A stretch of 60,055 nt of DNA, the filler included, from Catajapyx aquilonaris (lineage: Eukaryota): the NCBI GenBank assembly GCA_000934665.2. It is 2 parts of 2 records of this genome, joined end to end, with 100 filler letters (N's around TTAATTAATTAA, not from the genome) between each part and the next. Parts side by side here need not be neighbours in the genome. Positions count along the whole stretch, not along the records: positions 1 to 29,982 come from JYFJ02004706.1; positions 30,083 to 60,055 come from KZ539199.1. One strand, given 5' to 3'. Every line of letters begins with the position of its first letter. Positions within the stretch are counted from its first letter, which is position 1. The position numbers and the translations under genes are program-made. Below are positions 27,120 to 39,046 of the stretch, piece by piece. The notes under the pieces were generated by a model. The model made no database searches and was not told where the DNA came from. It saw nothing but the letters and a program-made list of their open reading frames with translations.

Positions 27120-29887
27120 AAATAACGGGATAGCTTATGTGAACCAAAATCCTTCACAAACCAGCATGTCCAGATGGCTCTAAAGAAATTTATCAATGAA
27201 TCGATCAATCAATCAATTTTATGTTTAAATCGAGACTATTACGCAATTAGCTTGAGCAATTAGAGCAATGGCGCTTGAAAAGTTGAAATACCCATTTCAG
27301 TTTCAATATTATTTAAGCTGCTTATTATTCAGTGGCTACTTTCCTACAACTAGCAAAAATTGCAATTATGTGAGCTACTTTATATGTGATCCGATATGCT
27401 TGATTGATAATATATTATTCAAATGTAGGTTGCTACTGTTTTTGTAGCGTGCGGTTCTTTTCGTGCAATAATTATGAGACAACGATGTAGCTTCGACTGT
27501 CGGCGGTTAGATGTCTGTTCGAGTTGCTGGAGCGTTGTAAGTTGAGCGTTTCACCGTTGGATGGTGCGATAGGTGGAAGAGAGCGTATTAGGCTCTTAGT
27601 TGCAATAGGGGCCGGAAAATCGTTACCCTGTTTTACTGCCTTTTTAATGTTTATAGAATGTCCCCGGAGACAATATAGTGCAAAGTGATACTCCATCTTC
27701 ACAACCGCACCATAAAATATTGATATGGTGCCGCAAATATTGCTGACGGAATTTTACGAGGCCAGATGCAATATTTTTGTATACATTCCACTCGGTCACT
27801 GTAATATAATACGATTTAAAATAATAACACCGCGAGCATTTCTATTCATATAATTGCAGATAAGCTTCATATGCCTATCTAATACTGTATCTCTTTGCCG
27901 CATAAATATTTTGAGCTCTTATTACATAATCTTTTCCTAACTGTATAGGTCGTACATGCAACCGCAGTGCACTTGTTATCTTAAAACACTGTCGGTTTAT
28001 CACTGCTAGAATGGGCTCTCTGATTTTTCACCAGAGAAACAAGAAAATGTCATTAACGCGGCCCCCACTTTAAGTTGGACACACCGTGACTGTATCGGAG
28101 AGGTTTCAAAAAAAAGTGGCGACAAGCTGGGCCCAAAAATGGGCCTGAAAAAACCGGGATTTAGGTACCAAGGATCGATACCAGGACAGCATCGTTTCAA
28201 GGGAAGCGGTATTTGTGTCATTATCAGACGCTCCAGGGGAACCATTCTAATATGATTTAGAGCACTAAAGTGCGTTCATCTGAAACGCTTTCCCATAGTT
28301 AAGTGTAGCCATGCGAGCAAACTTGTGGAGACAATAAAAGCCGACTGCACTTTGTCAACGCACCCAAACGAGCTAAGATTCAGTATTAACCCCACCCCGG
28401 ATTCACGGTGTCGGATAAGGGAGGAAAAATTGGAAACTAAAATCGATTTAATGACGTTTACTTAACGGACGGGAGACATTATTTTCCTGCTTGAAGAGTA
28501 CGGTACACACAATTATATCAGACAAAAAGTGTGGCATGAATTATTATCAAGCAGGCAGACGCCTTTTGGCTATTACCTTTCATACATTTGGCAGAATGTG
28601 TATAAGAGGTTGTATGGTCCCTCAGGGACAGATGTGCACCTTTACTAGCATAGTTTGGGTGGGGAGAAAACCTCTTCAAGGCAGATGTTGTCAGTCAAAG
28701 AAAGTGTGCGGATGATATCCAAGGAGGCTTCACATATATATGGTGGGGAATTGCTGGGTTGATGAGTTTCGTGTCCGAGAAAAAGATGAAGTGCAGCCTA
28801 CGAAAATATAGTGCAGAATAATTCAGACGGTCTAATTTATTCCACTATTAACAGTCGGGGAGGGGGGGATGTCCTCCGAAGCGTGTTATTTGAACAGTTT
28901 GAGAGGGAATAGTTCTTCCTTCTTAATGTATAAGAAGCGGGAAATCTCATCATTGTAAGTAATTTGGTGTGAGTAATTTTAATGCCATTGCGGCTGTAAG
29001 AAAGTAGCCGTTCCCATCTGAACTTTCAATATTGTTGATCTATAGACGTAGTACCCATTCATGAAAATGCAGTGCAGACTGCAGACACAATGTAATTTAA
29101 TAAAACTAAACAATGCTAACTACATTCTTGTATATACAAGTTCATATTTACGTGCCGTATTATCTTAACAGGAATAATATTCGCAAGAGTCTATAGTATA
29201 GTCATATGCAGTGTGTTCAAATTACACTGTATAGACTCTATGCAGTGTAATTTGAACACACTGCATATGTTTTGCTTCCAACTGTGCCGTGAATGTTTCC
29301 AAAATATAAATTATGTTACTTTGTATAAAAGTTTTTTGCCACTCTTACTACACAGTGCATCGCAGCTTGTACTGAATCGACTTAAATTACTGCGAAATTA
29401 ATGACTTCGCAATATTACTTCTCCGTAGTAGAAAGTAGGCCTACGCTAATTTATAATGTTGCATATCACATTTACCTGCTGCGAAATGTACAAATCAGTT
29501 CTTTATAGATACGCCTTTCTACTTACAAGTCCTAAAAACACTCAACACAATATGCAGATTTCCAACAACTCGCAAAATACTGAAGTACTGTACAATTCCA
29601 TTCCCTGTTCCGTATAACTTATATTTTTCATTACTATTCGTACAGGGCAGAAATTAAAACTCGACTGTTCTGGACGGGAAAAACTCTTCGTGTCCCTGTC
29701 CCATTTAATTGCAACCGAGATTTCTTCTTCCCGAGACAAACATTGCACTTGCACAGAATTAGCTTTACACATCCATTTTCTCTCTCCCATGTGTCTGTCG
29801 CTGAATTACCAGATAATTACTCTTGCCACTTTTAATCCAGCCACCAGGCTGTTAAGGTATGCTTTAAATCCCGCCTCTCTTTGCTGT

Positions 29888-29982
29888 ACACTCAAAAAAA
29901 ATAATGGTTGGAGCAACCCTAATGCTGGTTGGAGCAACCAAACTTCATGGTTATTTTTGGCCGAACCAACTCTTTTGTTGTC
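29888..29982. mobile_element. Terminus of a non-autonomous DNA transposon cut off by the contig end
   Basis: TA-CACTCAAAAAAA terminus followed by repeated GGTTGGAGCAACC subterminal motifs. Confidence 0.45.
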
Positions 29983-30082
29983 NNNNNNNNNNNNNNNNNN
30001 NNNNNNNNNNNNNNNNNNNNNNNNNNTTAATTAATTAANNNNNNNNNNNNNNNNNNNNNNNNNNNNNNNNNNNNNNNNNNNN
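29983..30082. other. Artificial contig-joining spacer
   Basis: 44 N + TTAATTAATTAA (stop codons in all six frames) + 44 N, exactly 100 bp. Confidence 0.95.
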
Positions 30083-30272
30083 TGCACACCTCCAGTGGGG
30101 CCGCCATCTTCAAATAGCTGTCACTTGACTACCTAGTGTCACATGGTGGATCTGAAACACTCCATACCTACTACACGAATGGCCGTACCACCTACAGCAA
30201 GAATAGTTCACATAATGTATAGTACAAATTTGTAAATCAACTCGTAAGGTTATTTACTGAACCACCCTCGTA
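30083..30272. mobile_element. Right end of a mariner-type non-autonomous element
   Basis: Ends TTTACTGAACCACCCTCG-TA, a TACGAGGG-type TIR; the left part is lost at the contig start. Confidence 0.45.
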
Positions 30273-31845
30273 GAAATTTTAGGGTACTGTATTTCGTATA
30301 ACTCGTATAATATAAACTAATTATTTTTGTTTGAAATGGAGGGATACACATAGGGGACCATTCTAGAGTACATGAATCCGGTAGGGACTAAAGGTCATGC
30401 AAAAAAAGTAGAGCAAAAACCATCACAAAGAAAAAAAAAACAGGAGCAGTGAAGTAAGTATTTCTTTCTGATACTCCTGGATCCTAAAGCTAAAGCCTCG
30501 CGCTTCATAGGGGATAGGCCTAAATGAAAATAAATAAAAAAGTCCCTACTCCCAGTCCAGGACTGCTGTGGGATTTTCTCAGCAGTATGGAATATTGTAA
30601 TCCTGCTGTATAGTGTACTATAATAAACGGTCATTTTCACGAACAGGCAATCGTGATCTTTATTTCTTTTAAGTAAAATGGAAGCAGATATAATATTATA
30701 TGTGGCAATTAGTACATCTCACAGTCAGTATGATGATGTGGTGATGATTTGAATGACAACTACGCTTACGACAACAAGGACGGGAAGAGGGGCGCATGGG
30801 AAGACTTCGAAATATTTGCCTGTGTAGCGAAGCCATACTTCCCAGGGCTCTTTTAATCAAATGAAGAGTGACGGACAATGGGCAGCAGTGATAAAACGAG
30901 TAGTGAAAGTGGGAGAAGGCATGGGACAGAGAAGCAGACGAATTTAAAGCAATACACACATTTCGCATTATCGCAAGGGCTTGCTTTGGAGGTATTTTAT
31001 TTATTTATTTTCCTGGTGCTCGCATGATTGTGTGTTCACCAGATTTTTTGAAGCAAGCTAGCAAGTAGGACATCTATTTTGCTTGGCCCATTTTTTGGCG
31101 CAACTGGTGTTTGATAGTGTGTTCTATAAGTAACTGAAAGCTAGTAGGCCCTACTTCAAACCATCAGGGACGGAGCTGAGATATTGGAGTCAATAAATTC
31201 GAAATTGCAAAGTTTTCAAGTTTCAAACGACCAGAGAATGTGCCTGAAACCTCAGAAAATTTCAATTTCAATTTTTATGGCATTGGTAGATTACAACTTA
31301 CAGTATTTTTTGAGTCACATATTGTTCAATAACACTGATAATAAACTTGACGATTTCGCAATCCTTTTTGCATCATAATGATATCAACCGTTCAAAATGG
31401 GGTAGGCCCACATTACAATAGGATAACTCGTCGAATTCATTAGGTCAAATGTCAGTTTAAGTGAAAAATGCATCACTCAAAGATTTGGCTATCATCTACA
31501 ATCTACCAATTCAATGCCATAAACATTGACAGTAACATTACAGCAGGTTTACAGGGCCTTCTTTGACCGGCCATTCACACATGAAAATGCAAAGAATTTG
31601 ATCCAAATATCTCAAATATGTATCTCTGGCTTGCAGGACAAGACTTCACTTTTCTAGTGCACATTATGAAGCACCATTTTCACAAAAAATCTTAGTGGAC
31701 CAACATTATTTCCCACCTCCACCACCTTATGATCAGAGCAATAGCCTTCTAGGTGAATAGACACCTTGTACATGCAGAAACCCGAAACACGTAGAAACGC
31801 ATCCGAAGACATGACGATGGAGTCTGGATGAGTGAGTGTTGTGGT

Positions 31846-32223
31846 TCAAGGAGGTATAGGCAGGTGTCGTCTAGCCCAGTTAGCTGCATCTCGTCTGTCG
31901 TTGTCTGTGACCTGAGTGAAGTCGAGTGAGGAGATCTGCGGGAGGAGGGCAATGACGCTGGACCTGTAGCTCAACCTGTTGGACTGCTGGGCCAGGGGGT
32001 TTCCGTGCAAGGTCAGGGCCAACAGGAGGGGCAGCTTGCCCAGGGGCCGTATCGCCTGCAGACGAGCCACGTGGTTGCCATGGAGGTAGAGCAACTTGAG
32101 GCCTGACAGACGAAGCAGCTCCTCGCCTCCCGCGTCCAACATTTCCAGACCGTTGAAACTGAGGTCCAGCCAGCCAATCAGCTCTGGACAGAACACCACC
32201 TCGCTCAGGCCCGTCCACAAGCC
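31846..32223 (-). CDS. LRRC51: LRRC51 coding exon 2 (LRRs and LRR cap, stop TGA)
   Basis: Acceptor ATTCTCTTGTTGTTCAG; GLWTGLSEVVFCPELIGWLDLSFNGL...ARRHLPIPP*. Confidence 0.92.
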   Translation of the reverse strand, partial: GLWTGLSEVVFCPELIGWLDLSFNGLEMLDAGGEELLRLSGLKLLYLHGNHVARLQAIRPLGKLPLLLALTLHGNPLAQQSNRLSYRSSVIALLPQISSLDFTQVTDNDRRDAANWARRHLPIPP

Positions 32224-33815
32224 CTGAACAACAAGAGAATTATTTGACCAGTTTACACCTCTCTCTAGTATATGCTATGTCACTTATGGCTCTATGAATC
32301 CAGGTTTGCATTCCTTCAATAAAATCAATTGCAATGATATCTCTAAATGGAAACTTATATAGAACTAGGACAATATCCCCTCACCCAATGGTGCCCCTCT
32401 CTGATGCACACAAAATTAGCCGCACTGATGGCAATGAGCAAGGAGGCCGAGGTTATGACCCCTTAACCTCCCACATCCAATCTCTTTCTCCCCTCCCCGC
32501 GATTGCACTAACACGCTAGATTTCTAAAACTCTTAATCATTTCCGGAATTCCAATACCTTCTTTCCTAAACTTAACCAGGTTATTTTTACTCCGAAGAAC
32601 CTACCGTACTATTAAATAATGATCCAATCAACATAAGGAGCACTTGGCCACTATAGTGAATCATTCACCTTGGATAAATATTAATACGTATATCAATAGC
32701 AATAGCAATTTATTCAGGGTGGTGCGAAAGGGGTGCAATAGCCTATGCGTCTTAGACTTACTTAGCCTCTTTGAGTTATTCTTTAGAAGGAGAAAACGCT
32801 ACAACTTGATTTTGTAGACATTTTCATCCTGAGAGGCATGCCAATCCCCCACCCCCCTTGCTACATGGGTAGCCTGATGCACAGGATGACCCAATTACGT
32901 ACGGCCTATACGTATACTGTACAGTAGGTATACGTATACACGTTATGACCCTCGAATATCGGTATAAATGGCGCTATGATAATGACCCATCTGTTGCAAT
33001 AGTGACAATTATTATAATAGCACAGATTTCTTATTAATACAGTCATGTATATGCAAGAGTGTTTAAAAGTATGAAGAAGGTAATTTTACCCCCATGACAT
33101 ATGTTGTGAAGGCGTGGGAAGTACGCTAATGACATATACGTATAATAAAAAGTAACGCTTTAACACGTGCAAAAAAATCGAATTTGTCGTTACGGTAATG
33201 ACAGAAAAATTACCTTGGTGCGTTTCTGACGAAATATGAGGACTTTAAAACGTATTAAGGCACATAGTAAGACAATGCAGGAAATAAATTATGGTTATAG
33301 CGTAACAACACTTTCGTTACCATACTCAATTTGACCCTTCAGCGAATATTGATTCAAAATCTCAATTTATTAATACATAGTGCTTATTCTTAATTGACTC
33401 GTCTTATGACATTTGCATAGGTGTTAATACTGTACTAAAATGTTATGGAATATTTTACCATGTACTGGACTGGGACAGAATAGTGTGCCTTTACCGAATA
33501 TTGACCCATATACAGAATTGAGCAAAACACCCTGAATGGAAGGCGGTATTTTATTACCTGCAGCGAGGAAATTGAGTTGTGGCTGAGCTTGACGGCGACG
33601 CAGTGGAAACGACCCTCTTCTCGTCGGTTGATTGCCTTACTAGTGGTGGGTTTTCTGGGCTTGACGTTCTTCAGATCCTCCAAAGACGCGATAGACTTGA
33701 AGGAGTAGTCCAGTGGAGGTCCATTGGACGCCCCAGCAGTTGACGGCGGGGAGATTCTCTTGCCCTTATTACCAATCATCGCTCGTCTTCCAACCAGGGG
33801 CTTGCCTGCATACAT
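31846..33815 (-). CDS. LRRC51: Leucine-rich repeat-containing protein 51; complement(join(31846..32223,33558..33815)), ~211 aa (199 aa from the second ATG at 33779)
   Basis: Motifs PPLDYSF, WLDLSFN, LYLHGN, LTLHGNP, YRSSVIALLPQISSLDFTQVT..DR..A..W match the LRRC51 family as I recall it; phase-0 intron CAG|GTAATA ... TTGTTCAG|GGC keeps the frame. Confidence 0.92.
33558..33815 (-). CDS. LRRC51: LRRC51 coding exon 1
   Basis: ...GPPLDYSFKSIASLEDLKNVKPR...VKLSHNSISSLQ followed by GTAATA donor; the start ATG (33815 or 33779) is uncertain. Confidence 0.85.
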
Positions 33816-34776
33816 CAACCAACTGCTGATATCTACGTGATTTGTGCTGTTAAAACGTTCTAGATCTAGAAGATCATCTCTTCATGCTGGATTATTATAA
33901 GCAAGATGAGCTGCTGTTATTTGATCGTTTGACAGAGTTTAGACAGAGTTCAAATATTCGCACATGCAAAGTATGCTGCTCATACCCGCAGTGAGAAAGC
34001 TATCTGACTATAAATCATTCTTGGAATCAGCTCCATCCCTGACCAATCACATGGGGACGCGACAGGGAGGCTGTCAGTAGCTGACAAGAATAGCTATACT
34101 TGAATAAGGAAGACTTGAACACTGGACATGAGTACTGATATGAACCCTACCGGATCAGGAAGTGATGGCCAGGACGCTGACCAGAACGGTAGTGAGCTAC
34201 CCAATCTAAATCGGGGGCCTTTATACGGACAGATCGCGTGCGTAAAATGAACGACCCGCCAACCCTGAATTTCCCCCCTTCTCCCATTTCTCTCTCCCCC
34301 CCCCCACCTGACTTAACCCCCACCCCTTCATTATTGTGGGGGCCTACTCTGAAACAAACTAGCCAGAAGGTATCAGCAGCACATATGACAGCCTCTAATT
34401 GCCAGGCGTCACGCATGCCCTATACCTTGGCCCATCCCCTTGGCTGCTTTATACTGCGTAGTGCCAAACCTGCACTAAGAACATTCTCTTGAATTTAGGT
34501 TTTTTTTTGCGAATTTGCAAGAATAATTTTTATCATATATATTACCTACGTTCATTTTGGAGTTTTCGGCTTGTTAAGTTTTGAATCTCCTAAACATGGT
34601 GGTAGTAGGACTCATGCTGTAAAATATTCTTTCTACAGGGGTCATTTTTGGAGTGAAGGATAACCCTCATCATCAGTTTGTGAATTAAAGAGTTATTATC
34701 TTATCTCCGTTAAGAAAGAGCCAAAATTTCGTCACAGTAATTCACGAAAAGCCTAAATCCGAGAGGAAATACTCAC

Positions 34777-34803
34777 CATTGTCACCAGTCGTGTATAGAC
34801 TCC
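34777..34803 (-). other. Candidate 27-nt upstream micro-exon of LRRC51 ending in ATG
   Basis: TTTTTTCGTTTGCAG|GGAGTCTATACACGACTGGTGACAATG|GTGAGT: consensus acceptor and donor. Confidence 0.4.
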
Positions 34804-34999
34804 CTGCAAACGAAAAAAATTGAGGATCCATCACCTTCTTGTCGTACTGCAACAACAACAATGACACCATGAAATGACATTCTATTCAATGATCAAATGA
34901 AATTTTCCTCCGAATAATTGGACGGTTTGGTTTGGTTTATTGGCAAATGGGCTATCTGGCATAGGGGACCTCGGATGAGACGGGAAGTAAGGATTTTGT

Positions 35000-35165
35000 A
35001 CTGCATGAGGAAATAACGGAAGAATCCCGAGAAAACCCACGCGAACATGGAAACAGCCAATAGAAATATATTTCCACATGAGAAAACCCTCCGTCCGATT
35101 AGGGGATCGAACGCGAAACCCCATAGGTGGAAGGCTGTAAAATTACACACTATACCACGCCGCTC
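35000..35165 (-). mobile_element. tRNA-derived SINE with V-domain-like body
   Basis: A box TGGTATAGTG, B box GTTCGATCCC, then GTTCGCGTGGGTTTTCTCGGG...TTTCCTC shared with 45724-45780. Confidence 0.6.
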
Positions 35166-36667
35166 GAACTGAAAGGCTTAACAGCATCTGAATGCAGGCT
35201 TTTTCATATCATGACCGGCTCCGAAGATGTTATCAATAGAGTTTTTATTACGCAGTGGTGAAAACCTCATCCATATATAAAGAGGCCAGCGACCTCCGGG
35301 CAATTACGGTTCTCAGCTGGTGCTATAGATTATTACGCCTTGGACACCCCCTCCATCAAATAATCGCTGAAAATAAAGCTTCACGGCATGATCTCAACTG
35401 CTGATCGAGGAACATAATTAGCCTATATTCCACGTGAAACTCATAAACTCTGAAAGTGATATGTGCTAACAGAATCACATACAGCGCGTGCCATTGGGTA
35501 ACAAACTCAGCTCAACCTATTATTCCAATATATCATTGGCTGATGAAAGGGCTTTCGATCGAGATTAGGATATCTAGAGAATAAGACGAAATGCGCCAGT
35601 AAATCATGAGGATAAGCACTAGTCGTATAGAGAGAAAATTAAGGAAAATCCGAGGTAATCGTGTAGGGCTGCCTGCTGCTGTATAGGGAATTATGCACAG
35701 AAGGTCGATATTTCTGATCTTTCTCTATAAGGATGGTGTGCCGCCATTAAAATGGATTAATTGGTGACTCTATGTTAGTGAAAAAAGTACCGTAGTGTTT
35801 TGCAAGCACGCATGGTTTTACGGAGGGGGGCTATTGTTGTGAAAAGTCATGCCGCTCAGGAGAACCTCACGAATTTTTTATAGACTGTGTTTCTCTGATA
35901 CCAACGCAGTGGCGTGAGTAAAGGTGTTTTATGGTGTGGGGGAGTCTCAGCCTTACAGCGTCTTTGACCCCATTGTTGGATTGTAATGTTGCACCACTCC
36001 ACTCCATGCCACCCCCTGTAATATCCCAGAAGCGACCTCTGCTCATGCTATCTCAGATCTAAGGTGGCACCTATGTCACGGGCACAGATCCGTGAGAGAG
36101 ATGACAATGAAACTCCGTCCAATCAGTGGATCACGCGAACCTTCATATGATTCTTGGAACAATTATAAATCGGTTAGACACGTCAGTGGCTGCAATTAAG
36201 ACACAAGATCTAAAAGGTGTCATGGAAAATTTTGCCAACTCCACTTATTATTAGTCCGGTAAAGGGTGCTTTACATATATAGGAATAGAAGATTGATAGC
36301 TGTGATGGAATCACATTATTATGGGCAGACTGACAAAGCATTTCCCAAGGCATTTCCAGTGCGAAGCAAAAAGACCATTACATGTTCAAGGTTATTTTCA
36401 ATATGCCCTTACATGGGGTAATGTAAAGTAAATAAATAAAATAATAAGGCCTTGTTGTTAAGTAATTACTAAATCTTATTGTGTCCATGTGTGGAAATTC
36501 GAAACCGCTTACTGGGATTATAAGCTACACGTTCTCCTCGGATGCAATCCTATACAGTATATTGATTAAGCACATTTCGTAATAATGCTGACAAATTAGT
36601 ACGGTACTATGAGTAATATGGAGCAGAGGATTATAATTTATTTATATCATGATTGTGATTCCACCGA

Positions 36668-36860
36668 AGCAGTGGTGGCGGAGGGGATATGGTATCCGAC
36701 TGCTAATCGGGAGGTCCTGGGTTCGATCCCCGGGCCGGCAACCCTAACCGTGGTTTTCTGTGGTTTCCCACGGTCCCTCCAGGTAAATTTTGATATTTTA
36801 CAAACATAGTCCGACTATCTGAAAGGGTGTTAAAGTAGCCGCCCATTCCATTAATCATAT
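36668..36860 (+). mobile_element. tRNA-derived SINE
   Basis: GTGGCGGAGGGG A-box-like motif, GGTTCGATCCC B box, then GTGGTTTTCTGTGGTTTCCC body. Confidence 0.65.
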
Positions 36861-37288
36861 TTCGGATAATTATGTCACAATCTTCCGAAGTTATGGCATT
36901 CCAACTGAAGGCGAACGGGGCCAAAATCCGCAAAAATCCGCACCTTTCGCACCCTGTAGTTATGCAACCACGCGCCGCAGGGACAAACAAAATGAGGTCC
37001 TTGCTCTGACCCAAAAGTACAACATACTCGGTTTTGGTGGAAATCGGAAAAGATTTGTCGGGGAAGGATGTCCAGTTGACGTGGAATGCCAGTGCATGTG
37101 CCCAATAAGTGCATTAGGCCTACTCTACGTATAGCAGCACTGCATATTACCGTCTCTAACAGGTAATAAACATTTCACTGGTGCAACAATGAACAATATT
37201 TACCCCCTGCTTCGATGCCTAGCAACAATACTTATAACTCAAGTGTTCCTCCAGACTCCCCGTCTGGGGGGGAGGAAGCTTCAAAATC

Positions 37289-37424
37289 ATGAGGAGGAAG
37301 TCGATCTTTCCCTCACTTGAGGATAATATTACATGGCTACCACCACCTCCATGGGTGAAGCCACGAAAAAAGAGCATCAGTGTTGATGCTTTCGAGGAAC
37401 CCTGCCCTGACATACCTGAAACAT
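37289..37424 (+). CDS. THEG-like paralogue 1, exon 1
   Basis: MRRKSIFPSLEDNITWLPPPPWVKPRKK...FEEPCPDIPET; donor T|GTAAGT. Confidence 0.7.
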
Positions 37425-38116
37425 GTAAGTGTGTCTACTTTACACCGTCAACAGTCATATACTTGGCGATGTCAGCATTTAGTGTTAAATTACAATAATA
37501 ATAACGTAACGTAACGTTTCGTCGTCATGTTTGTTCAAATGGTGGTTAATATTTTCATCTAATAGCAATAACAATAACAATAACAATAACAATAACAGTA
37601 TAACTGGCCAAGAATAAACAAAACCAGAGTAAACTAGGCAGCATATTCAGAACCCTTATTTCTCACAGACATCTGGAAGTACATCAAGCCAAAACCTTAC
37701 GTATGTCCTGAGAGACTCGTCGTTATGGCACAGCCTAGGCTAGAGCTACCAGATGTAATACACCCACTGCCGTTGCCTAGGCCTGTGGCATCAAGCGCTC
37801 TGAAGGTAAGTGGTGAACCTAAAGGTGTATTCGCATTAACGCGTTGATGTACCAGAATCAGACCACGTTTTCCTAACCTATAAACATGTGATCTCCTATA
37901 ACCATCAAGTAAAAGGAGCAAAAAATAGCGGACAATAAAGTTCGTTCAAAAACTTATTGTGAATGCGCCTTAAATCTGATTTGATTTCTAGAGATCTTGC
38001 TAACAACGTTTCTATCTTGTCAGGCCAAAGCTACCCGAATTCTGGAGCTCGCAAAACCTAGGAACACAAACAGCAAATATGTGAAGCCTGAATACCTGAA
38101 AGGCCTTTACGGATGA
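37289..38116 (+). CDS. THEG: Short THEG-repeat (testicular haploid expressed gene/SPMAP2-like) protein, paralogue 1; join(37289..37424,37669..37805,38024..38116), 121 aa
   Basis: YVCPERLVVMAQPR...RPVASSALK|AKATRILELAKPR fits the THEG repeat pattern (V..SALKA.AS.R..ELA.PK); GTAAGT donors and CAG acceptors, phases 1 and 0 in frame; AATAAA at ~38193. Confidence 0.75.
37669..37805 (+). CDS. THEG-like paralogue 1, exon 2 (137 nt)
   Basis: TTTCTCACAG acceptor, AAG|GTAAGT donor, THEG repeat. Confidence 0.8.
38024..38116 (+). CDS. THEG-like paralogue 1, exon 3
   Basis: TCTATCTTGTCAG acceptor; AKATRILELAKPRNTNSKYVKPEYLKGLYG*. Confidence 0.75.
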   Translation, partial: AKATRILELAKPRNTNSKYVKPEYLKGLYG

Positions 38117-38617
38117 AAGGATCGCCGGAAATTTTTGTGGTATTGGGTGTGGCACGCCTATGAAAATCATAATGGCTACCATTGAGGTGGAAAATAAAAT
38201 TGTGCGGTGAAACCTTTAGACTTTGGTTTTACTCGTATTCTAATGAGCTGAGAACAAAATTATACAACCGTATACTAGTTTTAGTAAACAACTGCTTTAA
38301 TGTAGAAAAAAAAATTATACTGACACTGAGCTCGTTAAACTCTCCAGTGGGAGCCAGGGGGTTTTATCCATAATTTCATGGTTATGGGTTGATGTCTTTA
38401 TTACTGTTAACATAATTATACTGTGGTAGGTAGTAGAATATTCCACTAATATTATGTGGTGATTACAAAGCCTGACCATGGTTTTTTTTAAAAAAAAATC
38501 CGTCATCAGGCCACAAGAAGAGGAAAGAAGAGGCAGGTCTAGGGGTCTAGGTCCTTTCATAAAGATGGGAAACACAGAATCCGTACATGCCGGTTTGTCC
38601 ATAATGTACTACTATTA

Positions 38618-38750
38618 TACATGGTGACTCTAATGTCTGGACACATACTAGGTATTGCATTGTTGATTGCAAGGATACCAATATATTGTTGTCAGCCAAC
38701 AATACAATACCTATGTGTCCAGACTCCAGATATTTAGGGTCATCCTGTAT
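38618..38750. mobile_element. Tc1/mariner-type foldback MITE; family also at 49884-50090 and a fragment at ~44743-44790
   Basis: Arms TACA(G/T)GGTGAC..GTCTGGACACATA..GGTATTG.ATTGTTG and their reverse complement. Confidence 0.7.
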
Positions 38751-39046
38751 AACACAGAGGTCGTTTCCACGCCGCCATGTCACGCAACTTGTAACTACCA
38801 TTGTAATATCTCAGAAAAATAATGGGCATAAGTATACAGACATACTGTCAAATAAGCACTTTAATGCATCTACTATATCTCTAGGGAGAATGGAAATATC
38901 AAATCAGTTACAGTACGATGTTCCCTTGCCAAACTCTACATTCCAATAATACGAGGGCCGTACTAAAATGATGATTTGATAATTATTTTTTTATTTTTTT
39001 TGCCACAAATACAGTACCCGTACAGGTCGGCAGATAGTCACACATA

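Noticed and set aside
1..29982. Hox-cluster or miRNA locus suggested by TAAT/TTTATG-rich non-coding DNA
   Set aside because: No homeobox exon seen and no miR-10, miR-993 or iab-4 mature sequence found by eye; most ACCCTGTA hits are MITE ends.
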